Notes: a model not told the origin generated them from the sequence alone. A stretch of 64,000 bases of DNA from Mobula hypostoma (GCF_963921235.1 NC_086097.1:172858001-172922000); one strand, 5' to 3'; positions 37,745-51,415 are shown, counted from the first letter of the stretch. Numbers and translations are program-made.

Positions 37745-38153
37745 GAACATAGAACATAGAATAGTACAGCACAGTACAGGACCTTCGGCCCACAATGTGC
37801 TGACCCTCAAACCCTGCCTCCCATATAAGCCCCCACCTTAAATTCCTCCATATAACTGTCTACGTAGTCTCTTAAACTTCACTAGTGTATCTGCCTCCAC
37901 CACTGACTCAGGCAGTGCATTCCACGCACCAACCACTCTAAGTAAAAAACCTTCCTCTAATATCCCCCTTGAACTTCCCACCCCTTACCTTAAAGCCATG
38001 TCCTCTTGTATTGAGCAGTGGTGCCCTGGGGAAGAGGCGCTGGCTATCCACTCTATCTATTCCTCTTATTATCTTGTACACCTCTATCATGTCTCCTCTC
38101 ATCCTCCTCCTCTCCAAAAAGTAAAGCCCTAGCTCCCTTAATCTCTGATCATA
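37745..38153 (-). mobile_element. CR1 3' fragment, same subfamily as 3095-6396
   Basis: Nearly identical to 3095-3505 (AACATAGAACA…CCCTCAAACCCTGCCTCCCATATAAGCCCCCACC…). Confidence 0.9.
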
Positions 38154-38686
38154 TTGTATGTGATACCTGAATTACGTCAATGGGATTGATTCTTAGCTGC
38201 ATTCTTAAGTGGTTGAACAAACCCTCCTGCTGTATCAAATCTCCATGTAAACTCACATTATGAATGATTGTCACCACCTCAATAAAAAGGTTCTGATGAA
38301 GAGTCTTTGACCTGAAATGCTAATTCTACTTCTCTCTCCACAGATGCTGCCTAGTCTGCTGAGAATTTCCAGCAACTTTTTTTTTATATTTCGTATTTTC
38401 CAGCATCTATTTTACCATCTCATCAAAGTTATTTGGTGGGGAAAAATTCCTGTCAACTCAAGACGCCTATTCTTCAGACACCTAGGAATATTTTCCTGAT
38501 GTCTGACACCAGGCTTACGGGTTTTAACTAAGAGAGTAACTCATATTAGTATAAGAAGCTGAGACAAAAGATTCGCAATTTAAAATCATACAAGATAGTA
38601 ATATTCCTTCAAGGATAAATAATGAGCAGTGATCAAACCCAAGGCTGCCCTCTTCCCAGGAAAGTTCCAATTCAGATTCACTATAC

Positions 38687-38936
38687 CTCACTGTCATAAG
38701 ATACCCTTTGTTGTTTGAGCATGATGTAGAGTAAGTTCTCTGTCTTTGGATGTAGGCTGCATTCGATCTCGGTGACTGGAAATGCCTGCTGCTGTGTATC
38801 CTCGCTAACGCTGACCACGAACAGCACCTCAGAGGTGAGCAGAAGGCATCCTTGGTATTCCTGTCCGGAGTTGCTCACTATTACAACTTCCAGGGCCATA
38901 AAGACTTCAGGTCTGCCCAAAGACTGGAGCATTTTC
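38687..38936 (-). CDS. VPS13B: VPS13B penultimate coding exon (PH-like domain)
   Basis: KMLQSLGRPEVFMALEVVIVSNSGQEYQGCLLLTSEVLFVVSVSEDTQQQAFPVTEIEC…SYDSE. CAG acceptor, GTATAG donor. 250 nt, phase 2 to 0. Preceded by a 184-nt intron. Confidence 0.96.
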
Positions 38937-39120
38937 CTGTCAGAACATAAAATGTTGAACAGATACCATTAATATTTTTTATTTAAAATTCCAGAACCAA
39001 AACATTTTGTGTAAGAAACAAATCTTTCCAAGATAAATGACCTGTTAGCTTGATACAAAGCCAGACTAATGTAATGAATAATGCTATCATAAAAATGACT
39101 GACTGCCAGAATACTCTTAC

Positions 39121-39223
39121 CAGACATATTTGACGTGGCTGTTTGGGGCCTGGTCAGTCTGCTGCTCAGTGGGGTGAAACCTCTGCTTGGGAAGTTGACA
39201 AAGTCCAGCTCCATGTAAAATAC
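39121..39223 (-). CDS. VPS13B: VPS13B coding exon
   Basis: Manual translation GILHGAGLCQLPKQRFHPTEQQTDQAPNSHVKYV(W). TAG acceptor, GTAAG donor. 103 nt, phase 1 to 2. Confidence 0.95.
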
Positions 39224-40094
39224 CTAGAGCAATAAAGACGAGATTCTTACTTGTATTTAACTCGGCAGCAATGCGGTGCTGAAATGATGTAATGTGTTTG
39301 GAACAGACTGATAGGGATATTCATCTCTTTAACCACAATTACGTAAAAGGCAGAACTATATAATAGTGTCAAAAATTAAAACATATAAAGCCAATCTCAT
39401 AAATGCTAAGGGAAAGCATTGTCGGACTGCCAGGATGGGTGAGGTGTTGGGAGAGTTTCCCAACTAACAGAGCAAATACGGTCATTTAAAACTAATGGTT
39501 GATTTCTATATACTATGACAACTACATTAGCTCAACATTCAAGTATGATAATTTTGCTTGTATTGTAGTTCTCAGTTGTATGGTTATGAGAAACAATCTA
39601 ATTTCCCAAATATATCCATTTCTTATTATGGTCACGGGGTTATCTTTAAACCAAATCAACAGAATTGCACGATTTAAAACAAATTTTAAAAAAACATGTT
39701 TTGTATTCAAAACACATATGAGGTTGAACATATGAAGCTTTCTACCCCTCTTCCCCCAACCCAATTGTTGCAGAAGCTCAGGACTTTAGTTTACATTGAG
39801 TTCTGATGTACAGTACAAATCTGCATTGGTGTCTTCTGACTGTTAAACTGTAATTACTTCATAAACCTCACCCACCCTCTACACTTTCAAAGTTCTCCTG
39901 TGGAATATTATTATGTCTCTGATAGGCATCTTATGTTTGGTGAGCATATATGCTGAGCGTCAGATTATTCACCCTTGCAGAAACTCATTGGTCTTTGGTA
40001 CCTTGCCCATCTGTAACTTAAATCGTAATTTAACCCTCACTTCAGAGTCTAAAGGATCTGAAAGATCTAACAGAAACTAGACGAACAGATCTAT

Positions 40095-40810
40095 ACTCCC
40101 TCACCTCCATTCAGGGCCACAGACAGTCCTTCCAGGTGAGGCAATACTAAATATGCAAGTCTCTTGGAGTCATGTACTGCATCTAGTGCCCTTCGATGTG
40201 GCTTCCTCTATATTGCTGAGAACCAACATAAATTAGGGGGCCGCTTTGTCGAGCAACTCTGCTCCATCCGCCTGAAGTGAAATTTCTCAGTGGCCAACCA
40301 TTCTAATTCCTATCTCCAATACCATTCTGACATGTCAGTCCATGGCTCCCTCTTCTGCCATGATGAGACCACTCTCAGGGTGGAAGAGCAACACCTCATA
40401 TTCTGTCACGAATATCAAATTTTCCTTCCAGTAATGGTTTCTCTTTTTCTTTTCCCCTCCCACTTCGCTCATATTCTATTCCCTACTCTGTACTCTTACC
40501 TGTTCTCATCTGTCTATCACTTCTCCTTGGTGTCCCTTCTTCTTTCTTTTCTCCTATGGTTCACTTCCTTCTCCTATCAGATTCCGTCTTCTCCAGCCCT
40601 TGACTTTTCCCACTCACCTGGCTTCAGCTATCTCCATCTAGCTTGTCCTCTTTCCCGTTCTCCCACCTTTTTATTCTGGTGTCTACCCCCTCCTTTCTAG
40701 TCCTGATGAAGGATCTTGGCCTGAAACATCAACTGTTTCATGTATATTCATTTTTCCATAGATGTTGCCTGACCTGCTGAGTTCTTCCAGATTTTGTGTG
40801 TGTTGCTTTG
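40095..40810 (+). mobile_element. Penelope-like element 3' part: decayed GIY-YIG endonuclease plus pseudo-LTR with hammerhead motif
   Basis: Broken frames give SIQG..QSFQVRQ, GVMYCI, RCGFLYIAE (YIG-like), GRFVEQL, VANH, EEQHLIF. Pyrimidine-rich 3' UTR, then AGTC-CTGATGA-AGG..CCT-GAAACATC at 40699-40735. Confidence 0.85.
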
Positions 40811-40820
40811 GTCTCTTTCG

Positions 40821-41135
40821 ATGTAGTACTGAGGATGTGCTGTAATATTGCAGGTGCCACTTTCAAAAGACACACTAAACCATGGTGTAATCTGCTCTCT
40901 CAGTAGATGTAAAACATACCAAAACTTGCTTACAAAGAACAAGGGAGATCTCAAAGCGGCCTGGTCAACGTCACAGAAACAAACATCTGGTCATCATCTC
41001 ACTAATCTGTGGGACTGTAGTGCAAATTAATCACCCTGTTGTCTAATCTGCAACAGTGACCAACATTTCAAAAATACGTAATTGGCTGTTAAGAGTGCTG
41101 GAATACCCTGAGCTTGCGAAAGCTGCTCACTCTGT
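40821..41135 (+). mobile_element. DeuSINE (SacSINE1/AmnSINE1-like), decayed
   Basis: GTAGTACTGAGGATGTGCTG…CAGGTGCC…TAAACCATGG…TCTGCTCTCTCAG…CTGGTCATCATC…CAACAGTGACC…ATTGGCTG follows the recalled Deu-domain SINE consensus in order. Confidence 0.7.
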
Positions 41136-41585
41136 TTATTGATTTGTAAGTTTAACAGTATTGAGTTCATTTTTGAGAATATCAAATTTCTATTCTCATC
41201 CAAGTCTACACATACTTGATACCAGGCACAGATTCTCAAACTGTTGGGAGTGGACATCTGAGCTGATTTTCTCCTTCCTAACACAGTGGCGATGAACTTC
41301 AATGCCATGTGGCAGTCAAATTAGTGAGAGGCTGGAAAACGCAGCTGGGATTTTCCAATTCTGTGCAAAGCAGCCCTTCAATGGGTGAAAGACTGAAGCC
41401 TTTGGGGCTGGGGAAGGAAGCGCGACATCTAATTTTCGATATTCACAAATAGCTGCTGCAAGTACCATGCTATAGCTAGCTAGAGTGAACATGAATGGAT
41501 AATACCCGTCAGTCAAGCTTGACCATCTTGTTCATAACAGAGATTAATTTTGTCCATATACTGTGTCTGCAACTATCCTCTATAC

Positions 41586-42047
41586 ACTCAACACACACAA
41601 AATGCTGGTGGAACGCAGCAGGCAAGGCAGCATCTATAGGAAGAAGTACAGTCAATATTTCGGGTCCAGACCCTTTGTCAGGACTAACGGTAAAAAGAGA
41701 TAGTAAGAGATTTGAAAGCGGAAGGGGCAGGGGGAGACCTGAAATGATAGGAGAAGACAGGAGGGGGAAGGATGAAGCCAACAGCTGGGAAGTTGATTGG
41801 CAAAAGGGAAACAAGGCTGGAGAAGGGGAAGTATCATAGGATGGAAGGCCTTGGAAGAAAGAAAGGGAGAGGGGAGCACCAGAGGAAGATGGAGAACAGA
41901 CAAGGAGTTACTGTTAAGAGGGAAAGAGAGAAAAAAAAACTAAACCTCAAACTAAAGGCGTAGCCATGGGCACCCATATGGGTCCCAGCTATGCCAGCCT
42001 TTTTGTTGGCTATGTGGAACAGTCCATGTTCCAAGCCTATACTGGTA
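41586..42047. mobile_element. Penelope-like element: inverted pseudo-LTR (minus, 41586-41940) joined to an RT fragment (plus, 41941-42047)
   Basis: The minus strand carries AGTC-CTGACAA-AGGGTCTGGACCC-GAAA (mutated hammerhead) and the PLE tail. The plus strand encodes QTKGVAMGTHMGPSYASLFVGYVEQSMF, a Penelope RT motif. Confidence 0.85.
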
Positions 42048-42698
42048 AAATTCGGAGCCAATGGATAAATTTGGCTATATTCCCAAGTGCAGTGAGAAAT
42101 TTAAGTTGCATCCATTCCTGAGAACAGAGAAAATGAAGCAAAGATGTTCTCAAAGTCTCCTTGAAAAATGCAGGAACCTAACTTGAGTTGTATTTTTTTG
42201 GTATTGGTTACAATGAAAAGCTTTGTCACCCAAACAATTCATGCCATCTATAATTATACTGAGAAATAAAAAGAAATCAGAATACAGAGTTGCAGGTAGA
42301 CAAATAATGTGCAAGGGCCATTAAGTTCAAAGTAAATTTATTATCAGAGTACGTATACGTCACCATATAGACCTGTGGTCAGTCTCAATAAATCTTATAG
42401 AATAATAACCATAACAGAAACAATGAAAGACTGCCCAACTTGGGCGTACAACCAGAGCGCAGAAGACAACAAACAAGACTAAAACACCTCTTTTGTTTCA
42501 GAGAGAAATGAGATTTATTGGGAGATCCAGAGTGCAAGAGTTTATCTCTTAACATTTGAGAGGCCTGTTCAAAAATCTAATAAGAGCAGGATAGAACCTT
42601 CTCTTCAATCTGGTGGCAAGTGCTCTCAAGCTTCTGTTCCTTTTAAAAGACCTTTGCCCATGGCTACACAAACTGGAGCAGAAGCCTGCAAGATGGCA

Positions 42699-42959
42699 CT
42701 GAGAACCTCGGGTATCTTTATAAGTTCTGAAAGGTGTACACCACTTTCCTTACTACCCATTCCAGCTGCAGCTGAGTCTGTAAGCTGAGAACCTCGGGTT
42801 TCTTCAGCATAAGTTCTGAAAGGTGTACACCACTTTCCTTACTACCCATTCCAGCTGCAGCTGAGTCTGTAAGCTGAGAACCTCGGGTATCTTTATAAGT
42901 TCTGAAAGGTGTACACCACTTTCCTTACTACCCATTCCACCTGCAGCTGAGTCTGTATG
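42699..42959. repeat. Minisatellite, 3 units of 86-89 bp
   Basis: Units start at 42699, 42785 and 42874 (CTGAGAACCTCGGGT…CAGCTGAGTCTGTA) and are nearly identical. Confidence 0.95.
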
Positions 42960-43937
42960 CTGCACACTAACCAGCTTAGAACCCACAGAAGTGAAGGAGA
43001 AGCACTTCTGTATAGAAGATTAGTCAGATCTGAAAATTCCTCTACTGAGGTTAGACAGCTGAAAATTCCAGTGAAATTAAGTTCTTGTCAAGAGAGATTT
43101 CAGGCGATAAATTAAATGCGGAGTTGACATAAAGAATGGTCATTGAATAGTGGAATAAGCATGAAGGTCTGAATGATTGAAACATGATTGCATTTATCTA
43201 GGATCTGAAAAACTGCCATTATACACAGAAAATATTCATCTTAACCAATCTAAGGAGTGCCAGGCTTCGCATGGTGTATTACTGAGCCAAACACAGCAGG
43301 GAAATTCCATGTTTGTTCTATGGTTTGTTTGACAACCAACATAACTTTTGTTAACCTTACAAGTACATGCAGAAAGTGGTACTCAAATAACCTCAGTTGG
43401 AAATGCAAAACTACACTGCAACTAGTGAAATCAAACTGAAACTGAAAACCTCAGGTAGTACCCTCTCAAAGTAAAGGTCAACTTGCTCCGTGGAATCCTG
43501 AACAAAGCAAGAAATGTTGCTCTAATTGCATCAAAACAGGATGATATTATCCAAAGCAGGTCGCCTTTCCCAGTAGGTCCACCCCAGAGTTTGCAGTTCA
43601 TTCAAGTGAGGTCACCAACCTTCACTAAAAATATATTTTATTTTACTTCATTTTAATTAAAATTAGTATTTTAACTAATTTATAAATCTTAAATGTATAT
43701 TAAAGTTTTTATAACAATAACTAACTTCCTCTTGGTAGATGCAACTATTCAACCATTCGTTATTTCAATCAAATTTCCCTGATTTTTTTCCTGGATTCAT
43801 AGCATCTATTTATTGCTGTGTCACTCATCCATTCTTTAATTATCGTTTCGAACTGTACAGCCCATATCCTAAAGCTCATCAAGTCCTGTTCATAAATCAA
43901 CTCTGTGCTCTCTGATCTGGAATGGCTCCCAGTTACT

Positions 43938-45234
43938 TAGTAGTAGTAGTAGTCGTAGTAGTCGTACTTTATTGATCCTGGGGGAAATTGGTTTTCGTTA
44001 CAGTTGCACCATAAATAATAAATAGTAATATGTAAATTATGCCAGTAAACTATGAAATAAGTCCAGGACCAGCCTATCGGCTCAGGGTGTCTGACCCTCC
44101 AAGGGTGGAGTTGTAAAGTTTGATGGCCACAGGCAGGAATGACTTCCTATGACGCTCTGTGCTGCATCTCGGAGGAATGAGTCTCTGGCTGAATGTACTC
44201 CTGTGCCCATCCAGTACATTATGTAGTGGATGGGAGACATTGTCCAAGATGGCATGCAACTTAGACAGCATCCTCTTTTCAGACACCACCGTGAGAGAGT
44301 CCAGTTCCATCCCTACAACATCACTGGCCTTACGAATGAGTTTGTTGATTCTGTTGGTGTCTGCTACCCTCAGCCTGCTGCCCCAGCACACAACAGCAAA
44401 CATGATAGCACTGGCCACCACAGACTCGTAGAACATCCTCAGCATCGTCCGGCAGATGTTAAAGGACCTCAGTCTCCTCAGGAAATAGAGACGGTTCTGA
44501 TCCTTCTTCTAGACAGCCTCAGTGTTCTTTGACCAGTCCAGTTTGTTGTCAAATTGTATCCCCAGGTATTTGTAATCCTCCAGCATGTCCACACTGATCC
44601 CCTGGATAGAAACAAGGGTCATCAGTACCTTAGCTCTCCTCAGCTCTACCACCAGCTCCTTAGTCTTTTTCACATTAAGCTGCAGATAATTCTGCTCACA
44701 CCATGTGACAAAGTTTCCTACCGTAGCCCTGTACTCAACCTCATCTCCCTTGCTGATGCATCCAACTATGGCAGAGTCATCCGAAAACTTCTGAAGATGA
44801 CAAGACTCTGTGCAGTAGTTGAAGTCCGAGGTGTAAATGGTGAAGAGAAAGGGAGACAAGACAGTCCCCTGTGGAGCCCCAGTGCTGCTGATCACTCTGT
44901 CAGACACACAGTGTTGCAAGCACATGTACTGTGGTCTGCCAGTCAGGTAATCGAGAATCCATGATACCAGGGAAGCATCCACCTGCATCACTGTCAGCTT
45001 CTCCCCCAGCAGAGCAGGGCAGATGGTGTTGAACGCACTGGAGAAGTCAAAAAACATAACCCTCACAGTGCTCGCTGGCTTGTCCAGGTGGGCATAGACA
45101 GGGTTCAGCAGGTAGACGGTGGGATCCTCAACTCCTAGTCGGGGCCGGTAGGCGAACTGGAGGGGATCTAAGTGTGGCCTGACCATAGGCCGGAGCAGCT
45201 CCAGAACAAGTCTCTCCAGGGTCTTCATGATGTG
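43938..45234 (-). mobile_element. Rex1/Babar LINE, young 5'-truncated copy
   Basis: ORFs 44509..45228 ([42 protein letters not shown]) and 44074..44445. (CTA)n-type tail at 43938-43965. Confidence 0.93.
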
Positions 45235-45734
45235 GATAAAATCCTAATTATTAAATCCTTCTATATTCTTGGTCTATTTTATATTTTAATCACTTTAATA
45301 CATTTTAATAATGCAGCATCATAGCTGTAGAGAAGCATTTTGACAGCTTGGCAGTTCTTGAATATATCAGATCTCTCCCAAGTCTGGTTTCTTGTGCCTC
45401 CCCTTTTGTGATTCGTTTACTTAATGGAAAAGATGCCAGTCCAGGTCCTGTAGGACAACTACTCTGCATATAACTGCAAGAAACTGCAGAGAGTTGTGAA
45501 TACTGCTCAGCACATCACGGGAAACAGCCTCTCCTCCATGGACATTTTTCTTCTCCCTCCAACTCCCCTTCTATCAGGAAGAAGATACAAAAGCCTGAAA
45601 GCATGTATCACCAGGTTCAAAGACAGCTTCTATTTTTCTGTCATAAAGCTATTAAATAGTTCCCTAGTATGATAAGTATGGATTCTTGATCACACAATCT
45701 ACTGTGTTATAATTTTATGATATTAAAAAAAAAT

Positions 45735-46042
45735 CCCTTCCTCACCCCTCCTAATCCCCACTCTGGCTCCTTACCTCTTCTCACCTTCCTATCACATCCC
45801 CCTGGTGCCCTTCCTCCTTCTCTTTCTCCTGAGGTCCACTGTCCTCTTCTATCAGCACTTTACCTTTCCCACCTACCTGGCTTCACCCATCACCTATGAG
45901 CCATCCTCCTTCCCGTCCTCCCACTTTTTTATTCCGGCATCTTTCCCCTTCTTTTCCAGTCCTGAAGACAGATCTTGGCCTAAACTGTCGGCTGCTTGTT
46001 CATTTCCATGGATGCTGAGTTCTTCAGCATTTTGTATATGTT
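45735..46042 (+). mobile_element. Decayed Penelope pseudo-LTR, inserted in a Rex1 3' fragment (about 45455-46235)
   Basis: Pyrimidine-rich UTR resembling 40480-40700, then CCAGTCCTGAAGACAGATCTTGGCCTAAA, a degenerate hammerhead region. Confidence 0.65.
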
Positions 46043-46550
46043 ATTATGATTTTGTTATTATTTACCTGCACTGCACATTTTCTATAACTGCTACATTTTA
46101 TTCTGCATTGCGATTGTTTTACCTTGTTCTATTTGAATGCACTGTGTAATGAATTGATTTATATGAACAGTATCCAAGAAAAGTTTTTCACTGTATGCCA
46201 GCATACTCTATGTAACAATAATAAACCAATATCAATACCTTTAAAGGCCAAAGTCCTGCTATAATCTTGAATCCCTCCTCTAAATATCTTTGAATCTCTG
46301 CCTCCTTTGAGATATTACTTTAAATTTACTGTGCCAAGACTGCCCCAATACCTCTTGAAAGGATTTGGATCAAATTTTGTTTCCTAATATTCATGGAAAG
46401 GTGTTCTGTGAGTGCCAGTTGTTGTGTTGGTTGTCAGTGAACATGGAATGGTTTGTGTTTGAATCATAATGTTTCTGGGAAGGGAGGTAAATACTAGATG
46501 TGTTTGTACAAAGGAGCGGTGCGATGATAATAACAATTGGGAACACTTAC

Positions 46551-46721
46551 CATAGCCAGTCTGGGAGACAAGCTCCGCAGCCCCACCTATTGGTTTGGTG
46601 AGAACTCCCACAATCCCCTTGCCCACTCCTGAGATGACATCCTTGGCTTTGCGGCCAGCTGAAACCTCTGATGTCTTCTGGAAATTCTGCATTGGCTGAT
46701 CCACAATACCAGCAATGGCAC
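46551..46721 (-). CDS. VPS13B: VPS13B coding exon (ATG2_C-like region)
   Basis: GAIAGIVDQPMQNFQKTSEVSAGRKAKDVISGVGKGIVGVLTKPIGGAAELVSQTGY. CAG acceptor, GTAAGT donor. 171 nt, phase 1 to 1. Confidence 0.97.
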
Positions 46722-49059
46722 CTGGAATGTCAAAGTGAAAAGGTAACAATGCAACCTTGCCTTCTCTGCAGATATGCCATATGGCTCTCACTCATACTCT
46801 AAGAAAGTAGAGCAAAAGATATAGGAGAAGAATTAGGCCACTCAGCCCATCGAGTCTGCTCACCATTTAATCATAAATGATTTTTGTATAACCTCAATTT
46901 CCCACCTTCTCCCTATGATACTTAATCCTTCTATCATTCAAAAATCTATCCATCTCTTCCTTAAATACACCCAGTAACTTGGCTTCCACAATCCTCTATG
47001 GCAATAAATTCCACAGATTCACCACCCACTAGCTGAAGGCATTCTTTGTTATCTCTCTTTTAAAGCGACATCACTTTATTCTAAGGCTTGTTTGAATTCT
47101 CCCTCTACCACAATGTAATTTTACTCCTTTGGCTGAGAGATTGGGCATTCTTGGCCAGTAGTATGGCAGGGGAAAAAATTGTCTTTGGTCACCTGTGATA
47201 AGTGTTAATCAGTCACTGATGATATTCACCTCTGCTGACTACTATGCATTGATTTCAATTGTTGGGGGTTAATCACAAAAGTATTCAGTGCTGGTAACCA
47301 AAGATGAATTTCCCCCAGTATATGTCCTGCATTACTGCCACAGGAGACACTCCCTCTAGGGGTAAATTATATAAGAAGGAAGCCCCTGAGCTTTTGGTCC
47401 CATTTCCTCCCTATTTTACCTTTTTAGGTAGATATAACTTTCCTTTTGAGAGCTACTACTGAAGTCATTCCCACCCATCCTTTCCTTTCCACAGTTTTCT
47501 CCTGAGTTAAATGATTCCCCTACAAGGAAGGAGAGAGATATTCTTGGGACTGCTACCCACTTTGCCCATGACAGCCAATCAGTCCCACTACCCTATCCAT
47601 TTTCTACAACACTGCTTACTTTACCATTGCAAGAAAGTACCCAGTTGTCTTCTGACAATTATTACAGGATCTGTTTTCAGCATCTTTTCAGGCTGCCTAT
47701 TTCAAAACATGACAGCCTGCTGGATTTTTAAAAAAATCTCTCATCACGCCTGGTTGTTCACCCAAATGTGCGTTCTTGGGTTACCAAGCCAGCCACACAT
47801 GGAAACTCTTTGGCTATATTTCCTCTCAACGCTCTTCATAATTTTGAACACTTCTACCCAAGTTTTCCCGAACCTACCTCGGAGAATATTCCTTACAACA
47901 GCTGCATTTCCCGCTACCCTGGGAAAGCAGCCAGCGTAATCAGAGAATCCACCCACCCTGGACATTGTCTCTTCTCACCCTGTCCATTGGACAGAAGATA
48001 TAAAAACCTGAGAACTCATACTACCAAGCTCAAGGACAGCTTTTACTCCTCGTTTATAATACTCTTGGATGGGCCTCTGGTCCTTGCTCCTTACTGTCAC
48101 CCAGCACTGCACTTTTTCTGTAACAGTAATACTATATTCTGCATTCTGTTATTGCTTTGCTCTTTGTACTACCTCAACGTACTAATGTTTTGTAATGACA
48201 TGTACGGATGGTATGCAAAACAGTTCTTCATTGTACATGTGACAATAATAAACCAATTACCAAAAAATTAGATACAATAACATGCTTTAATGTCTGCCCA
48301 TTACCTGTCAACTTTCTCCATTATGAACTAATTTGTAATGTTGTCATTGGAACTGTCTCTGTAAATTATCACACCTTAATTATAGCCACGCAACAGTAGT
48401 GTTGTGGCATCGTGGTTTCCACACACTGTAGAAAATTGTTCACAGTGGCGAACAACTCATGTCCCTTAATTTCTCAAAATGCAATGCTTTCTCTTCATAC
48501 ATATCCATGAAAATGCCAAGTAGTAAAGGCAGAATCTGGAGGGGAGGGAGGGGGGAGTAACTTGTTACTTCCTGAGAGTGTAATGGTGTGGGTGGGGGTT
48601 TTGTTGGGGCGGTGGGGTGCAGAGGCTCTTACAACAGTAATGAAGTATCTAGAAGAATAGTCAAATTGCCTAAGGCATGGAATTGCCAAGGACAGAAAGT
48701 TGTGTTGGAAGATGGGATTAGTATAAATAAGCAGTTAATGGTCAGCATGGACATGCGGACAAAGGTCTGCCTCTGTGCTAATAATGCCAGCAGAGGGGTC
48801 TCAGCCACAAAACTGGATTTGAGGCTCAGTGCAGCCACAAATTTTATTCCTACCACCGTATTTACTGTTACTGTCTTTATTGTTTACTCCATGAGCTTCA
48901 AAGAAGCAACAAATTTCAATGCACAATGCTGTATATGGCAATAATCTCATATGATCTGAACAATTTTAGCAAATTGGGAAAAGGCTTCAGAGGCTTTGTG
49001 GATTTCCTGCAGAGAAATGCTCTTTAGCCCAAACCTATTCCAGCATCACGTAGTAAAAG

Positions 49060-49620
49060 TCATAGAGCTTACAGCTTGGAAATAGGCCCTTCCACCCAAT
49101 TGGTCCATGCTGATCAAGATGCCCAAGCCAAGATAGTCTCATTTATCAGGATTTGGTCTATAATATTTTAAACCATGTACCAATCTAACTGTCTTTTAAA
49201 AATTGTTATTGTACCTGTCTCAACTACTTCCACTGGTAGCTCTTTCCACATACACACCACCCTTTGTGATAAAAAAAAAAATTGCCCCTCAAGTTCCTAT
49301 TAAGTCTTCCCTCTCATCTTAAACCTATGCCCTCTAGCTCTTGATTCACTAACTCTGGGGAAATAATACTGAACACACTCACCCTATCTATGCCCCTCTG
49401 ACTTTATACCTCTCCATCAGATCACCTCTCAGTCTTTTATGATCCAAGGAAAAAAATATCCTTGTCTGTCTAACCTCTCCATGTAACTCAGTCCATCAAG
49501 TACTGGCAAACTCATTGCAAATCTTTCCTGCACTATTTCCAGTTTAAGATCTTTTCTATAGCATGGCAACCAAAACCTGAACACAATACTTCAAAAGCCT
49601 TCTTCACTGCCTTGTACACT
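49060..49620 (-). mobile_element. Old CR1 3' fragment
   Basis: Antisense CR1 3' motifs (AAACCTATGCCCTCTAG, TATCTATGCCCCT, AACACAATACTTCAA). Confidence 0.7.
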
Positions 49621-50733
49621 TTCAGCAAAACCCGCACTTGTACACCATCTTCTTAATATTAAACTAAAATCAACATTAGCCAACAATGGTCCTTTAAAAT
49701 ATTTTAGTCTATGTTAAGCACCTTGTTTTTAAATAATTGGCTTCCTACTTCCACCAAATCTTATTCAATGTACATTCCATTCAATTCCAGGTTCTCAATG
49801 TTATCTTGGCATATTGAAGTCTGTTCCAATGTTAGGGATGCTCGAATGCATCACTTTTTAATAATTGCTAGTCTAGACAGTCTTAAAGTAAGCAACTCCT
49901 GAACCTTCTCATTATCAAAATAGTCTCTGCCAAATGAATTGCAACTGTTCAAGAAGGTGGCCCGCCAGTGCCTTCTCAACACAAATACTGAAGTTCTTAC
50001 TAGAGACCAGGTCCACCATGTCCTAAAATAATAGCATTGAAATTTCTATATAGAGTATAACTCAAATAAATGGCAACACAGGATTGCAAGACGTTCATAA
50101 GAAATATTTTTTGCATTTCTCTGTCGAACAGCTCCTCCCAGATACAAAGAAGTTGATGAAGGAGGGCTTTCACAAAAATGATTTTTTAGCATTTGTCTTT
50201 ATTTAAGAATCGGTTTGAAATTAAATGGTCACATCAGGACACTTTCAAGATAAATTTGCTCTAAAATTGCCACACTGACATGTAAATCTGCTTCATAAGC
50301 AAAGCATGGGGGTTAAACTGCAATATTTTATTGAGATTAATATATTCATTTTCCTGAAGGGAGCAAAATCATTTCAGGGCAGGTGGGGGATCTGGGTTCC
50401 TTCATTATGAACTGATTTTCTTCAAAGTTTACACAAAACTTAAAACCGTATAAACAAAGCTGAAGTGCTTCAACATAAATGGTAGGCACATCGTAGACAC
50501 ATTTACAGTCATCAATAACTGAGCCCACATTAAAGGGCCAGTGGTGAAACACAGTCTGCTTTATAATGCATGGGCTCCAGTGAAGGGGTTATTAGTTTTC
50601 TGATACAGTACAGATTCAAAACCTCAACAGGCACTGGGTTTGGGGGGTCTAATTTCAAAATTTACTCTGATGAGCTCTTGAGTTTTACATTTACATTTTT
50701 GATTTATTAGCAGCCTCGTCAATATTGCCATAC

Positions 50734-50904
50734 CTAGCAGACTGATTCCCAGCCGGGACAATCCCTGCTTCAGACCTTCCCCCAGGCTGTCTGGAAGCTG
50801 CCTGCGCCATTCCTCCTGCCGGGTATAGTGCTCTTCGTCCAGGGACAACCGATCCATGTTCCTGGCCAGACTTGTAGCTAGATTAGTGATCGATGTCAGA
50901 GTAC
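50734..50904 (-). CDS. VPS13B: VPS13B coding exon
   Basis: GTLTSITNLATSLARNMDRLSLDEEHYTRQEEWRRQLPDSLGEGLKQGLSRLGISLL. CAG acceptor, GTATGG donor. 171 nt, phase 1 to 1. Confidence 0.97.
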
Positions 50905-51415
50905 CTGAATAAAAATACACAAAATGCCATGAGACGATAGCATTGTATTCAATCAAAGTATCTGTTCCTATAATCAGGTACTTCTTCCTACATTTCATTA
51001 ACTAATAGGTGTTCTGGGAAGTATTGAAGTCATAGAATTGTTTTCTTTCTCTTTTTACTTCATACAACAACATATTCAAAGTTTAAAGTTCAAAATAAAT
51101 TTATTATCAAAGTACATTTATGTCACCTTATACAACCCTGAGATTCTATAACGACACAAATAAAGGTTTGTTAGCATTTAACCCATAACCTTCTAAATCT
51201 TTACTGTTATGGGCCAGGCATGGACAAATAGGACTAGTTTGGCTGGATATCTTGGTGGGCATGGGCAGTTGGGCCGAAGGACCTGTTTACATGCCAGCTG
51301 TCTCCATGACTCTAAATAAGATTGCATTTGAACAAATATGATCACATTCCAAGTGTGTGGAGATTACATGCAAAGTACAGTAAAACTCAATTAAACTGGT
51401 TTATTGAGGATTATG

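Noticed and set aside
42699..42959. CRISPR-like array
   Set aside because: The units are contiguous with no unique spacers, there are no cas genes, and the context is a vertebrate intron.
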